A stretch of DNA of 64,000 bases from Epithemia pelagica (taxonomy: Eukaryota > Protista > Bacillariophyta). The stretch lies in contig OX337235.1 in NCBI GenBank assembly GCA_946965045.2, forward strand, positions 3,534,001 to 3,598,000, in the 5' to 3' direction. The notes under the pieces were generated by a model. The model was given only the letters and a program-made list of their open reading frames with translations, was not told where the DNA came from and searched no databases. Of this stretch, positions 36,458 to 46,267 are shown one piece after another (positions within the stretch are counted from its first letter, which is position 1; every line of letters begins with the position of its first letter). A program made the position numbers and the translations under genes.

Positions 36458-37324
36458 ATGAGATTATCGTGGATTCCCGTGTTGCTTTCGGCTTTTTCTG
36501 CCGTCGAGGCTGTCAAGTCTCCCTTGGCGGTTGTTCCTGCATCGTCCTCCAAGACCACAAATCCTCGTTCCACTCCTCCCTCCGACAAGGCATTGTCGGT
36601 TTCGGGTGGAGCCTCGTCTTCGCTCACCTTGTCGACGCCCACCGAGGGTTTGAAATGGGCCATGCTCTTGGCTTTGAATACGGGCTTTCTCAATGGCATT
36701 TGTTTGGCCGGCTATGTCGCCTCCAAGAAACAGGGTGTTTCGGCCGTGACGGGTGCCTGGACCAATTCCGGTGTGGGTGCCGCCACGGCCTTGATTGGTG
36801 GTGTGGCGGCCAGTAGTGGCAAGACCATTTTCAAGGAACAATCGAGTATTTTGGCCAGTTACATTGCCGGGAGTGGCCTTTATGGCCTCTTGAATCCCAC
36901 CCCGCAATTGTGGACCTTGGTCCGATCCTCGGCCGGTCTCGCCTGTTTGGCCTCGAGTGCCTGTTTGGTCTTGGCCTCCAAATTGGCCACGAGCAAAAAG
37001 GGTCCCTTGACCTGTTTTTGTTTGGCCGCCATGGCCAGTGGCATTCAAAATAGTTTGACCAGTAGTCATTCCGGCAATTTGTTGCGCACGACGCATTATT
37101 CTGGCATGTCGTCCGATGTCGGTACCTTGGGAGGACAATTGTTGCGAGGCAATACCGCCAATGCCTTCAAGTTCAAGGCCTTTGTGTTGCTTTGTGCCGC
37201 CTTTTGGGTCGGAGGCTTTGCGGCCGTCTATGTGGGACAAGGAACGGACGCGAGTACCAAATTGCTCTGGAGTGCCGCCACACCCCTCGTGTTGGGATTG
37301 GCACTCTTGTTTGTGCCCAAATAA
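36458..37324 (+). CDS. DUF1275/YoaK-family membrane protein with signal peptide
   Basis: LALNTGFLNG, VSAVTGAWT, LAAMASGIQNSL, LRTTHYSGMSSDVG; several TM helices. Confidence 0.82.
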   Translation: MRLSWIPVLLSAFSAVEAVKSPLAVVPASSSKTTNPRSTPPSDKALSVSGGASSSLTLSTPTEGLKWAMLLALNTGFLNGICLAGYVASKKQGVSAVTGAWTNSGVGAATALIGGVAASSGKTIFKEQSSILASYIAGSGLYGLLNPTPQLWTLVRSSAGLACLASSACLVLASKLATSKKGPLTCFCLAAMASGIQNSLTSSHSGNLLRTTHYSGMSSDVGTLGGQLLRGNTANAFKFKAFVLLCAAFWVGGFAAVYVGQGTDASTKLLWSAATPLVLGLALLFVPK

Positions 37325-37972
37325 TCAAATTAATCAATTTAACGAAATCAATCAAACAAACGATCAATGGACTAAAAGAGAAGACGATGGTAGACCTCTT
37401 GGACTAGGTACCTAATTCATGAGTCTCTCCAGTATTCTTTGTCCTACTACTATTGTTTCATTTACTTGCTGGAGGGTAACACACAAAGGAGAGAGGGGTT
37501 GACAAAACGATAGAGACAATACCGTCCACTGTAGGTCATTTTCCTTGTCTCGACAATAGGACACAAGGCAAAAAGGGTACCACAACGTCACGGATAGAGG
37601 CCAAGCAAAACGGTAACTAAAACCTACAAAGCACAAAGACGTCCTTCCCCGCCTGGCTCGGCAATGAACAAAAAGGCAAAAAAGGGTACCACAATGTCAA
37701 TGGTCAAGGAGCAGCAAAAGGGCAAATGCAACCTACGAAGCACAAAGAAGTAGTAGGTGTAGAAGAAGGGGAACAGCGTTTGGTCCATCTCCATGTATTG
37801 TCAAAGAAATAATGCATACATATCCTCTTGAATAGATTTGATACTTTTATGTGAAACAGTGCCAAAGCATGATCCTGCATGGCAAACGTGAAACGAACAA
37901 CAAGCGACAGGTTTTTTTTAACGAACCCGCCCGCTCTTTCGAGCTATATATATTTATATTCATTGGATACCC

Positions 37973-40900
37973 TCAAGCAACGACAATTGTCTTTTTGTCA
38001 ACCAAGTGTGTCGTCGTTACCGCGTCGGCAGCTACTGCGGTCGGTCGTGTGCCGACAGCTGTTCTGGCCCTGGGTGATCCACCCCCTCCTCCGTCTTCTT
38101 CTTCTTGCTGTTGTTGCTGCTGCACGGCGGCGGCTGCGCCTTGCAATCGTCGAGGCGCGACACAAATTCGTAACCGACAGGGATGATAGGGATTGCCGCG
38201 ACTATTGTTTTGACAGCTCAAACAGGTACCACAATCGTTTGGGATACAACACGGAACACACTGTTCACAGGGAACATAGAGTAAGAGGGGCATCCACAAG
38301 CCCCGTTGGTCATCCCATTCATACCCCGGAGGTGACAAGGCAGTTTCCTCGTCTCCTTCGTGCGGAATCAAGAATGAGAAGTCTACAGGGTCTCGCTTGA
38401 GCTCTTCTTTAGGAAGAATGCATCCATCGGCTCGCATTCGTCCTTCTTCCTGGGCTTCGATTTCAAATTGAGACAAGGCCACGTACCCTCGTGTCGAATA
38501 TCCACCCGACAAGCGAAGGCGTCGAATGACGCTGTTCGTGGCAGCATCTTCTTGGTCACTGACGACGTCGTCGTCGTCAAACAAGATTTCTTTTTCCCAG
38601 GTACTTTCATTGTGCTGGGCCCATGCTGCCAAATCTTGTTCTGGTCGACGAGTCGGGGAAGTTGCAGTGGCAACCGTACTGGTTGACACGGGTGTCGTCT
38701 CAACAACTCGTTCGGAAGCCGGAATCGTTCTCTCTGGCACTGGTACCACGGGACTTCTTGGTCTCTGTCGAGGCCGTCCTTTCCGCTTTCGTGCTGGTTG
38801 CCCTTGTTGCGGTTCTTGTCGACCGCCTCCTTTTGGTTTTTGTGGTTGTTGCTCTTGTAGTTTCTGTCGAACTCGCCCTTCTTGCGTTCGTGCTTGCGGC
38901 TCGTACAGAGGCGGCCGCGCCGGGGAAGGAGTGGTCAATGGACGACTTCGTCTCTGTTGTTGTCTGTGCCGCTCTTCTTCATCCAAATTCAATAGTATGT
39001 CATCATTTCCCTCTGCCCTTTGCTTTTGTGCTGGTTTCTTGAGACTGTCCGGTTGCTTTTCGATTGGACCCTTTGTGTGTTTCCGCGCTCTTTCCATGTC
39101 CGTCCGGTGCCCCTCTGGTCTTCGCTTCTGTGCAGCCATTTTGAGATTGCCTGGTTCCTGTTCTAAGGGCTCTTTGCTGTGGATCCGTGTCGTTTCCTTT
39201 TCCGATGGGTTCCGTGCAATATTCTCCATCTCCACATTCCCTGAATCTGATAATTGTGTGCTTTCTCGTTTCGTTGTTTCCCCGGTGTCTGTTCTCGCCT
39301 CCACTTGGATTTCATCGGGTACCTCGATTCCAATAGCGTCTCTCGTGGATTCCTCCACACGGACGGCATGATTCCGTGGCGTTTCCTTCTCCGACAGGTT
39401 CCGTGCAATTTTCTCCGTCTGAACATTCCCTGAATCTGGCATTTGTGTGTTTGCGCGCCTAGTGTCTGTTCTCGCCTCCGCTTGAATTTCATCGGGTACC
39501 TCGGTTCCAACAGTGTCTTTTGTGGATTCCTCTACACTGACGTCGTGATTCCGTGGTGTTTGCTTCTCCGACAGGTTCTGTGCAATATTCTCCGTCTGCA
39601 CATTCCCTGAATCTGGCATTTGTGTGCTTTCTCGTTTCGTCGTTTCCCTGGTGTCTGTTCTCACCTCATTTTGGATTTCATCCGGTAACTCAGTTCCAAC
39701 AGTGTCTCTCGTGGATTCCTCCACACTGACGTCGTGATTCCGTGGTGTTTGCTTCTCCGACAGGTTCCGTGCAATTTTCTCCCTCCGTACATTCCCTGAA
39801 TCTGGCATTTGTGTGCTTTCTCGTTTCGTCGTTTCCCTGGTGTCTGTTCTCACCTCATTTTGGATTTCATCCGGTAACTCAGTTCCAACAGTGTCTCTCG
39901 TGGATTCCTCCACACTGACGTCGTGATTCCGTGGTGTTTGCTTCTCCGACAGGTTCCGTGCAATTTTCTCCCTCCGTACATTCCCTGAATCTGGTATCTC
40001 GGTGCTTACTCGTTTCGTTGTTTTCTTAGTGTCTGTTCTCGCCTCCGTTTGGATTTCATCGGGTACCTCGGTTCCAGTAGTGTCTCTCGTGGATTCCTTC
40101 ACTCTGACGTCGCGATTCCGTGATGTTTGCTTCTCCGATGGGTTCCGTGCATTATTCTCCCTCTGCACATTCCCTGAATCTGGTATCTGTGTGTTTGCTC
40201 GTTTCGTTGTTTCCTTAGTGTCTGTTCTCGCCTTCCCTTGGATTTCATTGGGTTCACCTATTCGAATTGTCTGTCTCCTGGAACCTTTGGTACTTGTTGG
40301 CGAGCGAGAGGACTTTACCCATTTTCCTTCCACTGGATCCCATTGATATCCGGTAGGTGCGGGTCCCACAGGACGTTGGTGCATGACAAAACCACCCTTT
40401 GGTTTCTTATTTAACTTATCTACCGCCAATTTTTGTGGATCGACGGGAATATCGACCCATTCCCCTTTGTTGGGATCCCATTTTTTCCCGCGAGGTGCAC
40501 GGCCAGCAGGTCGAACATGGTATGGCGTTTGTGGAATAAAGACTTTGGTCTGTCGGGGATTGGGGTCAGCAGCACTGTACGAAGGTTGATCCACTGCCTC
40601 TCCTTCAGGCTCATTTCCAGAACTCATCCCACTGTTTCGTCTTGATGATCCGTTCCCACGATACGAAGTATGTTCAGACATGTCCTGGTCTTGCTCGAAC
40701 TGACGACGAAGTCCATCGGCCCGATCTACATAGACTTGCTGTTCCAACTCAGAAATACCATTGGTCCAATGATGTGATAAAGCTCTCACGAGTTCAGAAG
40801 GTGAGAGGGTTGGATATATCGCCTGCCACGATGGTAAATATTCACTTTGAAACAACGTAAAAGCGGATTGCCACAAAGAATTATCTTGACTGTCATCATC

Positions 40901-43882
40901 GTGATTGATTGTGTGGCTAGATTGTTGCACCGTGATTGGAACAAAATGATGATTCGTAGAGGAACGCCGAGACTTGTTTCTATCATGGTGTGTTCCGGTC
41001 ATTTCGTTGAAGCGACCATCGGGTTGTTCCGATTCCTGTTCACTATCGTCTTTCGACCATCCTCCTTCTTTCCGTCTTTTTCTCCGTTTTTGTTCTGAAT
41101 GGTAGCTGCGGTTCTGGTCTTCTTGCTGTCCATTCTCCCCTGAGTATTCTACCATTGATTCTTCTCCTTGGTGCAATAATGAGGATGGTGGTAGGCTAAC
41201 ATGAAGCACTCTGCCTTCATTACTCACAAACAACGGATTGGACGCTTGCTTGCTTTGGTCCTCTGTTCGACTCTTGAGGGAAGTCGCTGGGTCAATGTCG
41301 CTGGGTGATAATGGTGGCGGTTTGCTTCGGACTCGTTTCCGTCTGCGACCAGATGTTCCGTCTGACTCTTCTTGTTGTGTCACTCTCCGGCTGGGTGGCT
41401 CTGTAGCCATGACCAACACAGAGGGAAGACTGTCATTCCTAGCGTTAAAATCATAGTGAGGATTGTGGTGATAACCTGCCGGAGGGTGGGCTTCGTCTGG
41501 ATGCGAACCAAGCAAGGGATCCGTCGCTGTCTGTGTTGTTGTGTTACTGTGTTTGCGCAAGGCCAACCGTTGAGGGACCAATTCCGATGGTGATGGTCGT
41601 CGACGACCTCGATGTGAAGCGGGTTGTGTTTCCAACAAAATCACTTCGTCCGCATGCTGCTGGTAATCTGGTGGTGTTGGCGGTGCCGTATTAGTAATGG
41701 TGGTTGCATTAGTGTCAAAGGGTGCTGCCGGTCTCTTCGATGGTCGACTACTGCGACGCAGAGAAGGCGAAGTGGCATCTTCATGATTCTTTTTCCGTTT
41801 GTCGTGGTCGTCATTCTCATTCCTCGGCAAAACGTCTTTTGGTGGTCCCAAGAACTCCTCAATCCGATTGGGAGAAGAGTGTCGTCTTCGCCGTAGTTGT
41901 TGTCCTCCTCGTGGACTGTTGGGTACGGTCGTTCGGTTCTTGGGAGCCGCCGCCCCCAAGACAGTTCGCGTTTTGGTAGTTGTGGTCGTAGTCAGTAGGG
42001 TTGTGGTTGTTGTGGTGTGTTCGGGATCTTCTTGTTCTTCCTCCTCCTGCACGGATGCAGAAGGACGTCGTCGTCGCCGTCCTTCTTGTTGTCGCGTGGG
42101 TGGTGGGACTGTGACAGAAGCAGTGACGGCAGCAGCCGCTGTAGTGTTTGTTGTCATGGAAGGAGGGGGATAGACCTCAGCATGATGGTGGTGGTGGTGA
42201 GGAAGAGAATGTGTAGGTGGACCAGGAGGAATTGAGCTAGGATATTCCCATACATACGGCACTGTAGAATGTTCGGCGGTGGTGGGATAATAAAAGTGGG
42301 GTGGTGGAGGTGGTGGTGGTGCATAATAGGGGTGGTGATGGTAAGAGGGCCAGGGAGGGGCCGAATGGTGGTGGTAATACGACGATCCTCCTTGAGGATC
42401 ACGGGTATTCGGACGGGAACGATGACGTCGTTCTTGTTGTTGTTCTTGCCTGGGCAATTCCTTGTGGATGTATTGATAGGACATGCGATGTTGTCTTCGT
42501 GTTGTCATGCGGCGATTGGTTTCTTCCTCTTGCTGACGATTGCTCGCACGGTGCTTTGGAAAAGATGCCACGGGCCGCTTGTCCTCCTTGTCATTGTCTT
42601 CATCATCATTGCGCGAGGAGCGTCGGGCTGGTGATTCCGATTCTTCAACTTCTTCTTCCGACCAACCTTTGGGCTTGATTACTCTACCCAGGATCACTGT
42701 CTTGCGCGTCTTGGGAATCCCTGGCTGCCTCTCAGCCGAGGGATGCTCCGCATTCTTTGGTTGTCGCTTTTCGTTCGGATGCACATTTGTCGCCTGGACG
42801 GGTTGGGGGTGTTCCTGCCGCGGGCGTTCTTCTTCTTCTCGTGACAATGGAGTCTTGGTGGTAGTACTGGTGGCAGTCTCCATTTGTGGTCTTGTCGTCG
42901 TCGTCTCCTCTTGGGTGGAGAGTGTGGATGGTGCAGCACTACTGGTCCTTGGTACGACTTGTGAGGTTGTTGTCGTCGTCGTCATGTTTGTGGGAGGAAT
43001 CGACGAATCTAGGTTGTGGTCGTTTGTGGCCACCGTTGGTTCCTTCTGGTTGTTGTCGTCGTCGTCCAGTCTAGGAGGAGAAGTACTACCCTCTTGGGTG
43101 GTGGCTTGCACAGGAATTGTCGTCGCGCCCACGTCAGGAATGGCTGGCTCCTTTGTGGTTTCCAGTGGTTGACTGGTTCCAGTAGATTGCGTAGAAATGG
43201 CCCTCGTTACCGTTTGGAGACCTGGTGAATCCGTTTGGTGGTCCAGAGCACTCGTTGGTTCCTTTTGGTTGTCCGATACCTGATGTCGTGTGGTGGTATT
43301 CTTCGTTTTGGTGGGAGGAGGATGCCACTCGGGTGGTGGTGTCAAGGGTCGCCGTGCCGTTGGAACGGGTGACAAGGGTTGAGGAGAGGGCGCGTTTCGC
43401 ACTTGCCGTAAGTATCGTGGATCGTAGGACGAGGAACCACCACCAGCATCTTCCTCCTCAAGCGCTGGCTCTTTGGGATTTGGAGTGTCGTCGGGTGACG
43501 GTTGTGTCGTGTCGTTTACTTCCTGTTCTTCTTGCATGGGAGAATTCTGTTGTACCGGTGGCGTGGGCGTCAAGGGTTGGGGAGAGGGTGCATTTCGCAC
43601 GGGTATGAGGAATCGGGGACTATAGGAAGAGGAATTTTGTGCGGCGGATTCCGTCGCCCCTGGAGACGACAAGTGTGGTGGTTTCGAGTGTTCCATCATC
43701 CCCACACGTGGGTGTGCATCCCTTGTGGTTGTTCTTGTTGTTGGTCTTGTCTCGTTGGTTGGATTTCCAGCGCTGTGTGCGACCATGTCCTTGGGGGCAT
43801 TCGTTGTCACAGTTCGTGGCTGGGTGGTGGTGGTTCCATCATTGGTTGGTTCCTGGTTGTTCACTTCGGCAATCGTCACCAT
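37973..43882 (-). CDS. 1969-aa low-complexity nuclear protein with HMG box, 63-aa tandem repeats and a C-terminal CXXC-type zinc finger
   Basis: SAFTLFQSEY...LSPSELVRALSHHW...EQQVYVDRA (HMG, about 40690-40875); CEQCVPCCIPNDCGTCLSC...PCRLRIC (about 38160-38270); basic NLS-like runs. Confidence 0.75.
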   Translation of the reverse strand: MVTIAEVNNQEPTNDGTTTTQPRTVTTNAPKDMVAHSAGNPTNETRPTTRTTTRDAHPRVGMMEHSKPPHLSSPGATESAAQNSSSYSPRFLIPVRNAPSPQPLTPTPPVQQNSPMQEEQEVNDTTQPSPDDTPNPKEPALEEEDAGGGSSSYDPRYLRQVRNAPSPQPLSPVPTARRPLTPPPEWHPPPTKTKNTTTRHQVSDNQKEPTSALDHQTDSPGLQTVTRAISTQSTGTSQPLETTKEPAIPDVGATTIPVQATTQEGSTSPPRLDDDDNNQKEPTVATNDHNLDSSIPPTNMTTTTTTSQVVPRTSSAAPSTLSTQEETTTTRPQMETATSTTTKTPLSREEEERPRQEHPQPVQATNVHPNEKRQPKNAEHPSAERQPGIPKTRKTVILGRVIKPKGWSEEEVEESESPARRSSRNDDEDNDKEDKRPVASFPKHRASNRQQEEETNRRMTTRRQHRMSYQYIHKELPRQEQQQERRHRSRPNTRDPQGGSSYYHHHSAPPWPSYHHHPYYAPPPPPPPHFYYPTTAEHSTVPYVWEYPSSIPPGPPTHSLPHHHHHHAEVYPPPSMTTNTTAAAAVTASVTVPPPTRQQEGRRRRRPSASVQEEEEQEDPEHTTTTTTLLTTTTTTKTRTVLGAAAPKNRTTVPNSPRGGQQLRRRRHSSPNRIEEFLGPPKDVLPRNENDDHDKRKKNHEDATSPSLRRSSRPSKRPAAPFDTNATTITNTAPPTPPDYQQHADEVILLETQPASHRGRRRPSPSELVPQRLALRKHSNTTTQTATDPLLGSHPDEAHPPAGYHHNPHYDFNARNDSLPSVLVMATEPPSRRVTQQEESDGTSGRRRKRVRSKPPPLSPSDIDPATSLKSRTEDQSKQASNPLFVSNEGRVLHVSLPPSSLLHQGEESMVEYSGENGQQEDQNRSYHSEQKRRKRRKEGGWSKDDSEQESEQPDGRFNEMTGTHHDRNKSRRSSTNHHFVPITVQQSSHTINHDDDSQDNSLWQSAFTLFQSEYLPSWQAIYPTLSPSELVRALSHHWTNGISELEQQVYVDRADGLRRQFEQDQDMSEHTSYRGNGSSRRNSGMSSGNEPEGEAVDQPSYSAADPNPRQTKVFIPQTPYHVRPAGRAPRGKKWDPNKGEWVDIPVDPQKLAVDKLNKKPKGGFVMHQRPVGPAPTGYQWDPVEGKWVKSSRSPTSTKGSRRQTIRIGEPNEIQGKARTDTKETTKRANTQIPDSGNVQRENNARNPSEKQTSRNRDVRVKESTRDTTGTEVPDEIQTEARTDTKKTTKRVSTEIPDSGNVRREKIARNLSEKQTPRNHDVSVEESTRDTVGTELPDEIQNEVRTDTRETTKRESTQMPDSGNVRREKIARNLSEKQTPRNHDVSVEESTRDTVGTELPDEIQNEVRTDTRETTKRESTQMPDSGNVQTENIAQNLSEKQTPRNHDVSVEESTKDTVGTEVPDEIQAEARTDTRRANTQMPDSGNVQTEKIARNLSEKETPRNHAVRVEESTRDAIGIEVPDEIQVEARTDTGETTKRESTQLSDSGNVEMENIARNPSEKETTRIHSKEPLEQEPGNLKMAAQKRRPEGHRTDMERARKHTKGPIEKQPDSLKKPAQKQRAEGNDDILLNLDEEERHRQQQRRSRPLTTPSPARPPLYEPQARTQEGRVRQKLQEQQPQKPKGGGRQEPQQGQPARKRKGRPRQRPRSPVVPVPERTIPASERVVETTPVSTSTVATATSPTRRPEQDLAAWAQHNESTWEKEILFDDDDVVSDQEDAATNSVIRRLRLSGGYSTRGYVALSQFEIEAQEEGRMRADGCILPKEELKRDPVDFSFLIPHEGDEETALSPPGYEWDDQRGLWMPLLLYVPCEQCVPCCIPNDCGTCLSCQNNSRGNPYHPCRLRICVAPRRLQGAAAAVQQQQQQEEEDGGGGGSPRARTAVGTRPTAVAADAVTTTHLVDKKTIVVA
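39170..40270 (-). repeat. Coding tandem repeat, 189-bp unit, about 6 copies
   Basis: ACATTCCCTGAATCTG recurs at about 39234, 39423, 39600, 39789, 39978 and 40167 (one unit is 12 bp shorter). Confidence 0.92.
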
Positions 43883-43988
43883 TTTTGTGATAGTATTCGT
43901 AGTATTGGTAGCAAGGTATCGTTTGGAATTCCAAACGAGGCAGGTTCCTGTTGGAGTACCTCTTGCTGGATTCCAATGCTTTTTTCTG

Positions 43989-44030
43989 GTATTAACTCGT
44001 CTGCGCCAAGTATTAACTCGTCTGCGCCAA
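43989..44030. repeat. 21-bp tandem duplication
   Basis: GTATTAACTCGTCTGCGCCAA twice, upstream of the HMG/CXXC gene. Confidence 0.85.
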
Positions 44031-45392
44031 ACGGGGGTCCACTATGGATTGTCGTTTTTTTTCTGGATAAGAACGTTTGCTGAATCTCCATGTACTACTG
44101 ATAATACGTAGTTCTCAATGCACTGTTCGTTCTCTCGTTGATTGACCTTTTGTCCAGTGTGGTTCTAGGTAGTGTTGTCGACTGGAAACAGCAGTGTCCG
44201 TCCCACTAGTTCGCGCTTGTATTTCCTTTTGTTTAGTTCGAAAAACAAACCAAACCCAACTCTCTCACCCATCCATTCACTCCACAATCACTCGTAGGAG
44301 CAATAATAATAATAAAAGTAGAGCGACGTAAAAGCAACAATGCAAATCGTTCAAGGACTTTGAACACTGCACTTTCGTAAATGATGATCTTTTTTCAGAA
44401 AAAAAAGAGAGAGCCTTTGCTCTCAGGGATGCTTTCTTTCTTCCTTTCTTGTTGTTGTTTCTGACGGTTCCTCGAATCTCGAATGTGTAGGTTGTAGGTA
44501 GGCAGTTCGTAGAAGCTTCTTGTTTTATCTCATTCACCGCTGTGTCCTCTTCTTGGCCTAGTAGTATCGGCTCGTTGTTTGTCTTGGTGGTCAATGGTTC
44601 GTGTTTCAGAATCAGTAGGACTTAAGAAGCACACACACGCACACACACGTCCTTTCCACAGCGGCCATGGTCTCTCTTTCCGTCTTGTCTTTTCAAATTT
44701 GTCTTTTTTGTCCGAAAGTCGCCGTTGGTTGAAAAAGCTGGGACGATTATTCTCGAATGTCTGGTGGGTCGAACAGTTATCGAGAAGAATAGTCGAAGCG
44801 AAGTTGAGTATCGGTGGGTCACTCAGTACGATCCATAAAGTACTTTATCGAGTACCGCTCAATTTTAAATCGTGACGGACGCGTGCTGGATTTCGGAACT
44901 GGCGCCTGCGTTGCCTGCGTTCGAATCCCGAAGTTTAGGTCGCTGATAGATCGCTGGGAGGATAACCCTGCAATGGGCTTAACTCTTTTTGGGGACCACA
45001 TCCGGAACTAAGCCATCGCGCCCAACACATAATCTTCCTTGGCCGCCCACAATTCGTGATACAACGCAAACAAATCCCTCACTCTTCATCTTTCACATCA
45101 AAACCTTTTTGAATCCATGCCTGCACCTACAATGGTCCACAGAAACGCCTTTCGACAGAGACTCTGAAATAACGGTCGGATGCCCCTAGTTAGCCGCCTA
45201 AGTAACGGCAATTCCAACGCATCGCAGCAAATCACGATCGGCCATTGCAAAGAGAGGCCAAACGCAACGTCCCACCCAACACCAATCGATTCCCCTCCGA
45301 AAAACCATCCCGGATAGGACAAGAGTCTTCTCTGGAGCATCACAGTTGCGCAACAGAAAAGGATACGTTCCAACAGGCAGTTAACAACAATC

Positions 45393-45776
45393 ATGACGGA
45401 GATGAGCACCAGTGGTTCGGCGGATGCCTGCGTACTGCGGGATGACTTGATGAGACGTATCCGGGAACGAGCTCAATCCTTGTACGAACAGCAAGAACCC
45501 CGCTATGAGACTGTCGAATTCCAAGCCCGGGTGCCCTACACGGTGAAGGAAACGTACACGGAGCCAATGATGTACTACACGACGGTCCTGCGGGATGGCA
45601 AAACGTTTGCCGAGGAAAGGTTCATGGACGTTATTGAGTCTCGCCACGTCGTGTATTATCGCACGGAACTTCGTACCAAGCGCGTTCCGCTGGCCGAGTT
45701 TCCGGTCGAACATTTCCTCGGTGAGGCTCGTGAGCAAATCTTGGAAGAGACACGACGCAGATTTGCAGCAAACTAA
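45393..45776 (+). CDS. Hypothetical 127-aa protein
   Basis: ATG-started ORF with protein-like composition and no low complexity; no family recognised. Confidence 0.5.
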   Translation: MTEMSTSGSADACVLRDDLMRRIRERAQSLYEQQEPRYETVEFQARVPYTVKETYTEPMMYYTTVLRDGKTFAEERFMDVIESRHVVYYRTELRTKRVPLAEFPVEHFLGEAREQILEETRRRFAAN

Positions 45777-46267
45777 GTGGTAGAGAGTCCGAGGTGAAAT
45801 CCCTCTCAATCCAGGAGAAAGCTGACTTGAGGTATTGACGGAGGAATGCAGGTCCTGCAATAGAAAAACACTTTATTCGATAGGAAATCACACGCATATG
45901 AATGTAACCACAGAAAAGATCAAACTTATTCGATAGGAAATCTCACGCATACGAATGGCCCCAGAAAAGATCAAACACCCAAGGCCTACCTTGCACAGTT
46001 GAGAACTGACATAGACATTTGTTTTATTTCATGTTCTTGTCTAAACGGTATCATTGGACTAGATCGACGCGAGACCAACGGCCTCTACGCATGCTGTTTT
46101 TTGTGATTACAGCCCTTATTTGACGGTCGCTCCATTATTGGGTTGATTCCTCCTGGGCGATGGCTCCTGCCTGGTCGTTTCGCACAGCATCAACCCCAAC
46201 CCCCAACAGTAACTCGATGGATGCCAGTAGATGCAGCCAGTCCTTTCTCGGGCGATTCACACAAAAC

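Noticed and set aside
36464-37240. Long antisense ORFs opposite real genes (also 8951-9535, 38526-39371, 49695-50405, 55551-56597, 62838-63629)
   Set aside because: Shadow frames of codon-biased or low-complexity sense genes.
37560-37750. Diverged direct repeats (also 51605-51870) in intergenic DNA
   Set aside because: Two short imperfect copies each, with no terminal structure; ordinary local duplications.
44814-45011. RVLDFGTG, like a SAM-binding motif I
   Set aside because: 65-codon ORF without ATG or any further methyltransferase motifs; likely chance or an unrecoverable relic.
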